Positions 41,013-50,356 of a DNA stretch of 64,000 bases are shown here, piece by piece. Within the stretch, counting starts at the first letter, position 1. Every line of letters starts with the position of its first letter. The notes below the pieces were generated by a model, which did not search any database, was not told the DNA's origin, and saw only the letters and a program-made list of their open reading frames with translations. This DNA is from an uncultured delta proteobacterium. GTDB lineage: Bacteria; Myxococcota_A; Polyangia; Polyangiales; Polyangiaceae. The stretch covers positions 3,296,001 through 3,360,000 of the forward strand of contig CAWDXG010000004.1 of NCBI GenBank assembly GCA_963806225.1, given 5' to 3'. The translations under genes and the position numbers were made by a program.

Positions 41013-41484
41013 CTGGCTGCGCGTTGGCCAGGTTCACGACGATGACGCATTCCGGATCGCCGCGGGCGATCGTGTTCTGGAGCTCCACGCGGGCGTAGCC
41101 GAGGTTGTCCGCGGTGATGGTGCCGAAGACGTTCGAGGTCATCATGCACAGCGAGTTGCGGTCGCGGACGTGCTCGCCAAACGGGCAGGCCCGGTTGCCG
41201 AGGATGATCCGGCTTTCCGTCGCGTCCATGAGATAGAAGTCGCCCTGGATACGACGCTTCAAGTCGACCAGCACGTCTGCGACGCTCTCCCGGTCGAGCT
41301 TTTCCACGCCGAGCGCGCTCCGGTACATGCCGTTGATCCAGTCGCCAACGCGTTGCCCGACGACGCTCACGAATCCGGCGGCCTCCTGCTCGCCGACCAC
41401 CTCTTCTAGAGTGCCGGCCAACTCGCGGAGCAGAGTGCGGAGAAACAGATCGCGCTCGAGCACGATCGGCAGATGGCGTCTCAC
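40972..41484 (-). CDS. Methanogen output domain 1 (MetOD1, V4R-like) protein
   Basis: [45 protein letters not shown] upstream of GTG 41484. Confidence 0.72.
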   Translation of the reverse strand: MRRHLPIVLERDLFLRTLLRELAGTLEEVVGEQEAAGFVSVVGQRVGDWINGMYRSALGVEKLDRESVADVLVDLKRRIQGDFYLMDATESRIILGNRACPFGEHVRDRNSLCMMTSNVFGTITADNLGYARVELQNTIARGDPECVIVVNLANAQPGEPAHGREYFGPA

Positions 41485-41589
41485 GTTCCCCCTCCCGCCC
41501 GACCCGCTAGAACCGTCGGACAACAGGAACGTAACCGGGATTCGTCACGGAGCAAGCGTTTCGTTCGAGCCGTGCCCCTGGCCTCTCCG

Positions 41590-42492
41590 CTAGTCGACTG
41601 CGGGTCCAGCGCTCTTGCGCCTGAGCAGGGCCACTCCCAGGGCCGCCATCAGCGCGCCGACCAGCAGCGGGATTGGCGCGATGCGGTGAGCGGCGGGTGG
41701 ACCCCCATAGCGGAGCGCCAGGATCACCGAGCCGTTGTACACGGCGTGGGAAATCATGCCCGCGCCGAGCGAACGAGTGTAGAGCCGCACCAGGGCGAAC
41801 CCCATGCCCAGGATGATCGTCCCGGCCACCTGCGTCGGCTCGAGGTGGAAGACACCGAACATGATACTCGGCACGATCACCGCGGCAGCCGTGGAGCCGC
41901 GCAGGAACGCGGACGTGAGCAACCCGCGGAACATGGCCTCTTCCACGACGCCCGGCACCACCGCCACGCAGAGCAGCATGCAGGTCAGCGTCAGAGGCGT
42001 CGCGTTGCGGGCTGCCTCGCCGACGACCCTGGCGGCCGTGACCTCGTTGCCCACGACGCGATGCACCAGCTCGCCCGCGAGATCCGCTAGCGGCGCCAGA
42101 CCGAAAACGAGCAGCAGCGCGCCGCCCAGCTGCGCCGCGCGCGGGCGGGCGAACGGCAGCACGGTCCGCTTGGAGAACCTGAAGAGCACCAGGCACGCCA
42201 CCAGCACGGCGACGATAGATAGCTCGTTGGCGAGCGTTCCGAGGGCGACCCAGCCGGCGTCCTTGACCAGCGGCGAGGACATCGGATCCTTCAGCAGCTG
42301 CGCGGGTTTGACCCCCGAGGCGATCGCCGCGTCCTGTGCAGCGAGGGCGACGCCGCCGCTCACCATGAGCATCAGGACCAGCGCCGCCAGCCAGATCAGC
42401 CAGGCGCCGAGACGCGTGGGCCTCCTGTCGTCGTCCAGGCCCGCCAGCCGGAGCTCTCGACCGGCCGGTTCGCTGCCTACATCCAGGCTCAT
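41590..42492 (-). CDS. CPBP (Abi/CAAX type II) intramembrane glutamic endopeptidase
   Basis: EEAMFRG, FGVFH, H...N motifs; multiple TM. Confidence 0.88.
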   Translation of the reverse strand: MSLDVGSEPAGRELRLAGLDDDRRPTRLGAWLIWLAALVLMLMVSGGVALAAQDAAIASGVKPAQLLKDPMSSPLVKDAGWVALGTLANELSIVAVLVACLVLFRFSKRTVLPFARPRAAQLGGALLLVFGLAPLADLAGELVHRVVGNEVTAARVVGEAARNATPLTLTCMLLCVAVVPGVVEEAMFRGLLTSAFLRGSTAAAVIVPSIMFGVFHLEPTQVAGTIILGMGFALVRLYTRSLGAGMISHAVYNGSVILALRYGGPPAAHRIAPIPLLVGALMAALGVALLRRKSAGPAVD

Positions 42493-42569
42493 CGGATTAG
42501 CCGCGCCTGCCTTCTATGCCGAATACCGAAGCCTGGAGTATCGTCGAAGAACAGACTGGTGGTCGACCC

Positions 42570-43346
42570 ATGAAAGCGCTTTCCTCGATTCTTCTGGTGT
42601 GTCTCGCTGCCGGGTGCTCCAGCTCCCAGGCAGGTCCCGGCTCGCACGACCCGTATGGGGACGTCGGTTCCTTCTGCGAACAGTGGGGCAAGGCGGCGTG
42701 CAACAAGACGGTTGTCACCAACTGCTCTGCCGCATCGGCCGACAAGTGCGTCGCGACACAGAAGGAGTTCTGCCTCGCGCTGGTGTCGCCGAGCGGCTAC
42801 TCGTCCAAGTTCGCGAAGCAGTGCATCCAGGCGGTGCACGACGCCTACGCGGACGCGAAGCTCACGGCGAGCGAGTACCAGGTGGTGACCTCGCTCGGGG
42901 CGCCCTGCGACCAGCTGGAAAAGGGACCCGGGGCCGAAGGCGCCAGCTGCACCGACGACAGCGGCTGCAATACGCTCGACGGGCTGCACTGCGTCATCCG
43001 TCCGGGCGACAGCAGCGGCGCCTGCTACGTACCCAAGGTCCAGGACGGCGGGTTCCCGTGCGACCAACCCGAGCAGACCTGTGCCACCGGCTTCTACTGC
43101 GACGGTTCGAACTGCCTGGCCCGGAAGGCCGCCAGCAAGGCGTGTTCCGACACCGAGCCGTGCGTCGAGACCGCGCTGTGTGTTTCGGGCACCTGCCAGG
43201 CGAAGGGCCAGACCAGCGACTCCTGCGTGGATGACTCCGACTGTCAGAGCAACATCTGCGCCATCGCTGCCGGCTCGGCGCAAGGCGTCTGCGTCGACAA
43301 CATCATCCTCGGCCCCACCGAGCCGCTCTGCACGCACCTGCGCTGA
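42570..43346 (+). CDS. Cys-rich lipoprotein
   Basis: LAAGC lipobox; more than 20 Cys. Confidence 0.75.
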   Translation: MKALSSILLVCLAAGCSSSQAGPGSHDPYGDVGSFCEQWGKAACNKTVVTNCSAASADKCVATQKEFCLALVSPSGYSSKFAKQCIQAVHDAYADAKLTASEYQVVTSLGAPCDQLEKGPGAEGASCTDDSGCNTLDGLHCVIRPGDSSGACYVPKVQDGGFPCDQPEQTCATGFYCDGSNCLARKAASKACSDTEPCVETALCVSGTCQAKGQTSDSCVDDSDCQSNICAIAAGSAQGVCVDNIILGPTEPLCTHLR

Positions 43347-43365
43347 GCCGCTGACGGGGCTCGCC

Positions 43366-43395
43366 GCCGTCAGGTTCCGAGCCGTCAGGTTCCGA
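43366..43395. repeat. Exact 15-bp tandem duplication (gccgtcaggttccga x2)
   Basis: Visible directly. Confidence 0.7.
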
Positions 43396-43433
43396 GGGGC
43401 TGTGCGACCGGGGGAAGCTCGGGACCGCAGCAC

Positions 43434-43480
43434 AACAAAGAAGCGGGCCGGAGCTCGAGGAGGAAGGAGCTCCGACCCGC
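43434..43480 (-). terminator. Intrinsic terminator downstream of 43532..45037
   Basis: gcgggtcggagctc...gagctccggcccgc stem followed by ttctttgtt on the minus strand. Confidence 0.65.
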
Positions 43481-43531
43481 CGTGGGGGGCCGAAAACGGC
43501 CGGTTTCAGGTCAGGGGGATGTGCCGACGCC

Positions 43532-45037
43532 TCATGGGCACTGGCCGTTGCTGTCGACACAGATCAACCCACCCGTGCTGCCGGTGCAGCAGGCCGGATT
43601 GCCGGTGTCGACAATCACGCTGCAGGCATTGCAGGGGCAGGTCGAGCAACCCACCGCAGGGGCGTAGTCCTGGCACTGACCCTGAACGCAGATCTTGTCG
43701 CGACCGCACTGCTGTCCGCAGTTCCCGCAGTTCAGGTTGCTCGTCTGTGTGTTGACACACGCGGTCTTCCCGTTGTTCGAGCAAGCCGTAAGCCCGCCTG
43801 TGCAGCCACCGGAGATGCAGCTGCCACCCTGGCATGATTGACCGTTGGTGCAGGCCTTGGTGCAGCTACCGCAGTGGTTGGGGTCGGAGCTCTCGTCCAC
43901 GCACTGGTTGCCGCATTGGGTGAGCCCCGTGCGGCACACGCACTGTCCGCCGCTGCACATCTGGTCGGCGTTGCACTGGTTGCCGCACGTACCGCAGTGG
44001 TTCGCGTCGTTCTGCGTGTCGTAGCAGCGGTTGCCGCCGCAGTGCTGCGACCCTGTCGGGCACTGGCACTGGCTGTTCACGCACGCGCTGCCCGCAGCGC
44101 AGCGATTTCCGCACTGGCCACAGTTGTTCGGATCCGACGTGGTATCCACGCACTGTCCGTTGCACTCGGTCTGACCGCCCTTGCACACGCACCGGTTGGT
44201 CGCGCTGCACACCAGGCTCGGGTTGCCGCAGTTGGCGTCGGTCAGGCACTCCACACAGCGGCTGGCGGTCTTGTCGCAATAGGGCCGGTTGCCATTGCAG
44301 GTCGAGTTGTCCACGCACTGGACGCAGTTGTGCGTGGGCGCGCACACGCTGCGGAACTGGCTGGTGCAGTTCGCGTTGCCCAGACACTCCACGCAGAAGC
44401 CCTGCGAGGTGTCGCAGTAGGGCGTCGGCGCCGAGCAGGTTCCCGCCCCGGAACAGGTCGAGACGCACTGGTTCGTCGCAGTATCGCAGGCCAGGTTCGC
44501 GCTGCCGCAGTTGCCCGTGGTCAGGCACTGCACGCACTGGTGCGTGCCGGTATCGCAGTAGGGGTTCTGGCCGCTGCAGTCCGTGTTCGCGTTGCACTCC
44601 ACGCAGGTGTGCGTGGAGGTGTCGCAGACCGTGCGGTTCTGGTGGTTCTGGCAGTTGGCGTCGCCCATGCATTCGACGCAGGCGCCCGACGCGATGTCGC
44701 AGTACGGCGCGTTCGGAGTGCACTGACCGCTGGAGGTGCAGCCGCTGGCCGTGCCGCCGGTGCCGCCCGTGCCGGTGCCGCCGGTGCCCGTTGCGCCCGT
44801 GCCGCCCGTGCCCGTTGCGCCCGTGCCGCCCGCGCCTGTGCCGCCCGTGCCCGTGCCGCTCGTGCCACCGGTCGCGCTTCCGTCGGCGCCGGCGCTACCG
44901 CCGGAGCCGCCTCCGTCTGCGCCACCGGTCGACGCGGTGATGCCGGCGTTGCTGGAGCTCCCGCAGCCGCTGACCAGACCGGCGGTCGTACAGCCCGCGA
45001 TCGCTATCAATGCGAAGATTCTTGCTCGATTCACCAT
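43532..45037 (-). CDS. Cys-rich lipoprotein: Gly/Thr linker, PYCD...CV.C repeats, then D..NCG.CG repeats
   Basis: LVSGC lipobox; two repeat families; AAGGA RBS. Confidence 0.8.
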   Translation of the reverse strand: MVNRARIFALIAIAGCTTAGLVSGCGSSSNAGITASTGGADGGGSGGSAGADGSATGGTSGTGTGGTGAGGTGATGTGGTGATGTGGTGTGGTGGTASGCTSSGQCTPNAPYCDIASGACVECMGDANCQNHQNRTVCDTSTHTCVECNANTDCSGQNPYCDTGTHQCVQCLTTGNCGSANLACDTATNQCVSTCSGAGTCSAPTPYCDTSQGFCVECLGNANCTSQFRSVCAPTHNCVQCVDNSTCNGNRPYCDKTASRCVECLTDANCGNPSLVCSATNRCVCKGGQTECNGQCVDTTSDPNNCGQCGNRCAAGSACVNSQCQCPTGSQHCGGNRCYDTQNDANHCGTCGNQCNADQMCSGGQCVCRTGLTQCGNQCVDESSDPNHCGSCTKACTNGQSCQGGSCISGGCTGGLTACSNNGKTACVNTQTSNLNCGNCGQQCGRDKICVQGQCQDYAPAVGCSTCPCNACSVIVDTGNPACCTGSTGGLICVDSNGQCP

Positions 45038-45076
45038 GGCGGTCCTTCTTTCGGAGGTTCAAATCAAGGAAGGGCG

Positions 45077-45763
45077 TCAACCGCCCTGGCATTCGTAGCT
45101 AATGCACTGACCGCTCGCGCAGTCGGCCGTGCTGGTGCACTCCACGCACAGGTGGAGCGGGCTGCAGTGGGGCTTGTCGGAGGTGCTGCAGTCGGGGTCG
45201 CCGAGACAGCGCACGCACACGCCGGCGGCGGTGTCGCAGTAGGGCGTGTCGGCGGCGCAGGTCGTGTTGTCCAGGCAGTGCACGCACACGCCCCGCGACG
45301 TGTCGCACAGCGGACGATCGCTGGACGTGCAATCGGCGCTCGTCGAGCAGTTGTCCACGCACTGTCGCGTCAGTGGATCACAGGTCTGACCTGAATCGCA
45401 GTTCGCGGGTCCGAGGCACTGCACGCAGGCGTGCGTCGCGGTGTCGCAGAAGTGCCCGTCGGCGCTCTCGCAACTGGACGAGTCGATGCACTCGACGCAG
45501 CTGTGGGTAGCGGAGTCGCACACGCCCATGCTGCAGTTCGTCGTGGTGAGGCACTGCACGCAGCGATGGCTCGACATGTCGCAGTAGCCCCGCGGCGACT
45601 GGCATTGGCTGTTGTCGCTACAGGCGTGTCCGCCCCCGGAACCGCCGCCGCCCCCGCTGCCACCGCTGAACAGCCCGATATCGCCCCCGCTGGAGCAGCC
45701 CGCGAGGAGTGCCAGGAGAAGGCCCGCGAAGAAGAGCAGGAAGGAAGAAGGTCGAGGGCGCAT
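45077..45763 (-). CDS. Cys-rich lipoprotein (CD.....CV.C.....C repeats)
   Basis: LLAGC lipobox; about 7 repeats. Confidence 0.78.
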   Translation of the reverse strand: MRPRPSSFLLFFAGLLLALLAGCSSGGDIGLFSGGSGGGGGSGGGHACSDNSQCQSPRGYCDMSSHRCVQCLTTTNCSMGVCDSATHSCVECIDSSSCESADGHFCDTATHACVQCLGPANCDSGQTCDPLTRQCVDNCSTSADCTSSDRPLCDTSRGVCVHCLDNTTCAADTPYCDTAAGVCVRCLGDPDCSTSDKPHCSPLHLCVECTSTADCASGQCISYECQGG

Positions 45764-45856
45764 GCGAAAATGCCGTTCAACCAAGTAGTACCCGCACCCG
45801 GCGCCCAGCAGGCAGCGCGCCGTCGCCCCGATGCGGCGATCGCCGGACCGCCGTGG

Positions 45857-47068
45857 CTACCCGCCGTCGGGATCCAGGGCCATCTGGCGGGCCTCGTCCC
45901 GGGCAAAACCCTCGGGGTGCTCGGCCAGGTAGCGGCGCGCGGCGCGCGTCGCCTGGTCGCCCCGGCCCAGACGCTTCAAGGCGCGGAAGCGTTCGACGCG
46001 CGCGTCCTGCTCGAGCGGTGAACCGGGATAGCGCGCGAGCAGCTGGTTCAGTAGCGCCAGCGCGCGGGCGTTGTCGCCACGGCGTCGCGCGTCCATCGCC
46101 GCCTGGAACAGCTTGTTCTGCTCCGACAGGCTGCTGGCGCTCGACACGTCCGGCAGCTTCGTTCCGCCTGCGGTCTTCACGGCCGGAGCGGCCGCGGCCT
46201 GCTTCCTGGAGGCCACCGGGCTCTTCGCCGCCGCGGCCGCCGGGTCGCCTGCCTTGCCGTTGGCCGCCGGCTCGTTCTTCGCGGCGGGCGCCGGCTCGTT
46301 CTTCGCGGCCGCCCTGGGAACCGAGGACCAGCGGGCCCCGGCCCCGAGCAGCGTGCGCGAACCGTGCGAGTCGACCTGGACCTTGCCGTCACGCACGACA
46401 ACGCGCGTCGTCGATTTCCCGGCAGCGTCGGGCTCGACGATCACCGTAAAGTGCGTCCCGTGGACCGTGACGCTCGAGTCGGGCGTCACCACCTCGAAGC
46501 TGCTCCCCGGCGGGAGCTTCGGCACGCTCACGTCCACGCGCCCCCGCGCCAGATCCACGCTTCCAGAGCGCCAGCCGGCGACCTCGCGGCCCATCGTGAG
46601 CTGGGTCACGGGCGACATCTCGACATCCGTGCCGTTCGGCATCCGCACGCGCGCGCGCCCGTCGCGCGCCGTGTGCACGCGATCGCCCGACGCCAGCTGC
46701 TCGGCACCGCGCACCGCCCGTTCCGCCGCCGTCCCGTGCGCGAGCAGTACCGAGCCGCTCCGCACGCTCAGCCGGGCGGGAGCCGCGTGGGCAACCACCT
46801 GGGCGGGAGTGGGGCCCGTCGAGTGCTTCGCCATCCAATAGCCCCCCGCCGCGAGCAACGGCAGAGCCGCTACTGCCAGCATCGCGATCCGACGCGTCCG
46901 GCGCGCCGCCCGCTGCCGCCGCTCGTCCAGCTCGTCGTGGAGCACCCCGAGGCGTGCCACGACCCGTTCGCGACGCAGAGCCGCGGCTTCCGGCTCCTCG
47001 ACGGGGACCACCGACGCGGACATCTGCTGCAGCAGCTCCTGCGTGGACGTGCTTCGCCTGGCGGACAT
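45857..47068 (-). CDS. Putative anti-sigma factor: TM helix, FecR-like domain, C-terminal TPR-like region
   Basis: L.RGRV.V.V....F.V.TP...VTVHGT.FTV...V.V.DGKV FecR signature; start overlaps the ECF sigma stop. Confidence 0.8.
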   Translation of the reverse strand: MSARRSTSTQELLQQMSASVVPVEEPEAAALRRERVVARLGVLHDELDERRQRAARRTRRIAMLAVAALPLLAAGGYWMAKHSTGPTPAQVVAHAAPARLSVRSGSVLLAHGTAAERAVRGAEQLASGDRVHTARDGRARVRMPNGTDVEMSPVTQLTMGREVAGWRSGSVDLARGRVDVSVPKLPPGSSFEVVTPDSSVTVHGTHFTVIVEPDAAGKSTTRVVVRDGKVQVDSHGSRTLLGAGARWSSVPRAAAKNEPAPAAKNEPAANGKAGDPAAAAAKSPVASRKQAAAAPAVKTAGGTKLPDVSSASSLSEQNKLFQAAMDARRRGDNARALALLNQLLARYPGSPLEQDARVERFRALKRLGRGDQATRAARRYLAEHPEGFARDEARQMALDPDGG

Positions 47069-47739
47069 CAGGGTTTCCTCTTCCGCGCCGCTTCGGCGAT
47101 ATCCTGGGTCATGCGACGGTGCAGTTCCTTGCGGCCGCGCACCAGTCGCGACTGCGCCGCCGCCACGGACACGCCGGTGAGGACGGAGATCTCGGCCAGC
47201 TCGTGGCCCAGCACGTCGTGCAGGAGCAGCGTGGTCGCCTTCTTGCTGCCGATCGCGGCCAGATGGGTGCGCAGCCGGGTCAGCTCCTCGCGCGCCCCCG
47301 CCTGCCGTTCAACGTCTTCTGCCGAGTGGGCTCGCCGCGCGGCGAGCTCCGGGTCGCGCCCGTGGTCGACGACATTGCGTTCGCGACGCCTCGACCTGAG
47401 CGCGTTGAGCGCGACGTGCGCGGTGACCGTCGAGGCCCAGGCCGACAGGCTGCAGGCGCGAGCGAAGCGTCGCCGGGCCAGGGTGATCATGATCTGCTCG
47501 AAGGCCGACTGCACCAGGTCGTCGTGGTCGTGGCTGCGACAACCGAGCACCCGGTACAGCGTCCCGTCCACCACGCCGATCAGTCGATCGTAGAGCTGTT
47601 CGGCGACCACGCGGTCGCCGCGCTCGAAAGCCTCAATCAGCTCCTCGTCCGAGGCCGGCCGTGCCTGCGCGCCCGCCCCTCCCCCGGGAACGACCCGGAG
47701 CCAGGAGCGGCTCTTCTTCTGGTGCGCGGAACCCGCCAC
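47068..47739 (-). CDS. ECF-type RNA polymerase sigma-70 factor
   Basis: DDLVQSAF region 2, W...V..HVALN; region 4 LLLHDVLG.ELAEI..LTG..VAAAQSRLVRGR; start uncertain. Confidence 0.85.
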   Translation of the reverse strand: MAGSAHQKKSRSWLRVVPGGGAGAQARPASDEELIEAFERGDRVVAEQLYDRLIGVVDGTLYRVLGCRSHDHDDLVQSAFEQIMITLARRRFARACSLSAWASTVTAHVALNALRSRRRERNVVDHGRDPELAARRAHSAEDVERQAGAREELTRLRTHLAAIGSKKATTLLLHDVLGHELAEISVLTGVSVAAAQSRLVRGRKELHRRMTQDIAEAARKRKP

Positions 47740-47801
47740 ACTAGACAGAGTAACCGATCGGCCGTCGCGGCAGGCAGCCCGCACAAACCCGGCGCGTCTG
47801 T

Positions 47802-48743
47802 TCAGGGCAGACGCAGGCGCAGACCGAGACGCCCGAGCACGCCTGCGCCCGGCACTTTTCCGACCGGCTGGCCTTCGATGGTGATGCGGGTCGGGCTCTC
47901 CAGGGCCCAGGCGTCCGCTCCCGCCACCACCGCAACGAAGCCCCGCGCCGGCCAGCCTACGTCCGCTCCCAGGTGAAGGGCGGGCAGGAGCCGGCTCCCG
48001 CTGTCCTCGGCACCGCTCCGCGTGGCCGAGGCCCCGACCCGCTCCAGCGACGCCCCGACGCGACCGTCGAGCTCCAAATCCGCAGCATCCAGCTCGAGCC
48101 GGACGCCCAGGCCCGCCTGCAGCGTGAGGAACTGCACCGACAGACCGCGCACGTCGGCAGGCCGGGCTGCGTAGCCGAGCGACACGTGCGCCAGAAGCGG
48201 CAGCTCGCCCAGCAGGTACGCGCCCCCGGCAAATCCACCTCCGCGCGGCGCGCCGGCGGCTCCCAGTCCCGGCCCCAGCAGCGCGCCTGCCTCGATCCAC
48301 CAGCGCGGCGCCCTGACCGGGGCGGGCAGCGGGCGCGGCGGCGGCTTTCGACGAACGGGCTTCGGCGGCGCGGGCTTCGGCGGCGGCTGCGCCGCCGGCG
48401 CGGTCTGTCCATGCCCGGGCAGCTCGCCCACTAGCGTGGCGATCGTGAGGCCGACGGCACGCCAGCGCTCCACCGGCTGGTCCGCCTCCTTGAAGAGCAT
48501 GTCACGCATCAGCCAGCGCGTCCCCGGTGCGCGGCGCACGCCGACCTGCACCCGCACCGCCAGCTGCCGGCCATCCCAGGTCACGATCGCGACCGCGGCC
48601 GGGTGCTCCTCGGCGGGCGTCTGCCCGGCAATCACGCAGCGGCCACGACGCACCGCGTCCGAACACGCCGCCGACAACTCGGCCGGAAAACGCGGATGTG
48701 CGTCGGGCGGGGCGACCTCGATGACGACGACCGGCAAAGGCAC
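47802..48743 (-). CDS. Hypothetical protein upstream of ECF sigma: N-terminal two-Cys domain, Pro linker, beta-barrel-like C-terminus
   Basis: ERWRAVGLTIA helix, PPPKPAPPKP linker, amphipathic strands ending LGLRLRLP; start uncertain, no clear signal peptide. Confidence 0.55.
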   Translation of the reverse strand: MPLPVVVIEVAPPDAHPRFPAELSAACSDAVRRGRCVIAGQTPAEEHPAAVAIVTWDGRQLAVRVQVGVRRAPGTRWLMRDMLFKEADQPVERWRAVGLTIATLVGELPGHGQTAPAAQPPPKPAPPKPVRRKPPPRPLPAPVRAPRWWIEAGALLGPGLGAAGAPRGGGFAGGAYLLGELPLLAHVSLGYAARPADVRGLSVQFLTLQAGLGVRLELDAADLELDGRVGASLERVGASATRSGAEDSGSRLLPALHLGADVGWPARGFVAVVAGADAWALESPTRITIEGQPVGKVPGAGVLGRLGLRLRLP

Positions 48744-48837
48744 GTGGCCCCCTATCCTAGGCGAAGCAGCGCCCTGTGCCCGAAGGGTCCCCGCGACAGT
48801 TGGCTTTTGGGGGCAAACGCGCCAACAATCGGGCGCC

Positions 48838-49590
48838 ATGCGCCTCGCCCAGCTCGTGCTTCCGCCCCTGATCCTTGCTCTCTCGGCTGCCGCCGGCTGC
48901 GACAACGGGAAGAAGACAAAAGCCTCCGCCTCGGCCAAGCCAACCGCGGAGTCCGTCCCGACCGAGCCCGCCAAGCCCAAGGGCCCTCCGCAGTTCGTCG
49001 TCAACAGCGTCGGAGCGAAGGTCGGCTTCTCGCTCATCGTGCTCGACAAGCCCGACGGGCCCGGGCGCCTCGACAAGGAGCTCGCCGAGAACAAGAGCTA
49101 CATCGACGGCAAGGACGTGCTCGTGAAGGCCGATCGGAAGTCGAAGATGAAGTCGGTCATCACGATGCTGTCGGCGCTCGCGAAGGACGGGGCGAAGACC
49201 GTCACGATCAAGACCGAGACGCGCGAGGAGTATCAGGACAAGGTGAAGTTCACGCCCCAGAGCGAAATCACGGCTCCTGCACCGTGCAGCGTGGTGGCGA
49301 TGGTGCTCGACGACCGCTCGAGCGCCGTGTGGCACCTGTCGGGCACGACGGCGATCCGGCACGCGAAGGGGTTGGCGGGCCCGGACCTGTCCATGACCGG
49401 CGACGTGATCGAGCGACTTGCCAAGGGCTGCAAGAAGTCGTCGACCATCTTCGTCGCGGCCGCCGACAACATCGAGTGGGGTCTGGCCTACGACCTCGCG
49501 GCCTCCACGCAGAAGATCAAGAAGGTGAAGTTCGACCACGTCGTGCTGCTCCAGCAGGCACCGACTGCGGGGCGGAAGGTGGAGCTCTAG
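48838..49590 (+). CDS. Lipoprotein with an ExbD/TolR-like periplasmic domain
   Basis: AAAGC lipobox; VLVKADRK..MKSVI.MLSAL...GA..V motif; second related IFVAAAD.IEWG segment. Confidence 0.6.
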   Translation: MRLAQLVLPPLILALSAAAGCDNGKKTKASASAKPTAESVPTEPAKPKGPPQFVVNSVGAKVGFSLIVLDKPDGPGRLDKELAENKSYIDGKDVLVKADRKSKMKSVITMLSALAKDGAKTVTIKTETREEYQDKVKFTPQSEITAPAPCSVVAMVLDDRSSAVWHLSGTTAIRHAKGLAGPDLSMTGDVIERLAKGCKKSSTIFVAAADNIEWGLAYDLAASTQKIKKVKFDHVVLLQQAPTAGRKVEL

Positions 49591-49612
49591 CGAGCGCTGC
49601 GATCCGGGTCGC

Positions 49613-49660
49613 TATGTAGCAAAATGTCGCATTATTGTGGCATTTTGCTACATATTTCTG
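49613..49660 (+). other. AT-rich 19-bp hairpin (possible terminator or operator)
   Basis: tatgtagcaaaatg/cattttgctacata perfect 14-bp inverted repeat, extended by 5 pairs including two G-U, ttat loop, then tttc. Confidence 0.6.
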
Positions 49661-49718
49661 GCGCAGCGCGTCGAAGCGGCCCTCGCGGGCGGACCGGGCC
49701 GCCGGTATAGTCGGCACC

Positions 49719-50327
49719 GTGAAGTTCAGGACGCTGCTGCTCGGGCATCACGACGAACATGCCGTCGCGCGCATCGGCGAGGCGCTCGATCGCATGGATC
49801 ACGCAAACCGGCTGTGGACTGTACTCAGCATCAAGCCGGCCGAGCAGCGGGTGCTCTGGGATCTGATGAAGGGCCACGAGATCTCGGCGGAGCACTTCGT
49901 TCCGTCCGGCACCGAGCCGCTCACCGAGGTCATCCATCACGGCAAGAACTCGCTGCCCTCCGCCAACTTCTTCCAGAAGCGCTTCGCCCTGGCGGACGAC
50001 GACTCGGGCGAGCTCTGGGGCTACAACCACCAGGGGCTGAGCGGCGTGACCGGTCCGGGCTACTTCGTGGCGCACACCACCGAGGACGAGAAGGATCCAC
50101 CCGGCAGCTACGTCATCGACTACACGCGCATCCCGCCGAAGAAGCCAGAGAGCTGGCCCGCCATCCTCACCAACGAGAAGAAGCTCGGTCGCTTCGTCTA
50201 CTCCGGCACGAAGGACTACATGCGCAAGGTGTCCGAACACGTCTCCATCGGGCGGGCCCACAAGGCGGGCGAACCGATGAACGCCTGGTTCGTCCTGTGC
50301 CGCGAGGACAGCGAACCGGACAGCTAG
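49719..50327 (+). CDS. Hypothetical cytoplasmic protein
   Basis: Strong codon bias; TATAGT 7 nt upstream of GTG; enzyme-like segments HHGKNSLP, GYN, TGPGYF, DYMRKVS.HVSIG. Confidence 0.7.
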   Translation: MKFRTLLLGHHDEHAVARIGEALDRMDHANRLWTVLSIKPAEQRVLWDLMKGHEISAEHFVPSGTEPLTEVIHHGKNSLPSANFFQKRFALADDDSGELWGYNHQGLSGVTGPGYFVAHTTEDEKDPPGSYVIDYTRIPPKKPESWPAILTNEKKLGRFVYSGTKDYMRKVSEHVSIGRAHKAGEPMNAWFVLCREDSEPDS

Positions 50328-50356
50328 GGGAGCCGCGCGCGAGTGCGAGGCGGACG

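Noticed and set aside
49613..49654. dif/Xer recombination site
   Set aside because: Does not match the 11-6-11 XerC/XerD layout or the TTATGTTAAAT arm; kept only as an unexplained hairpin
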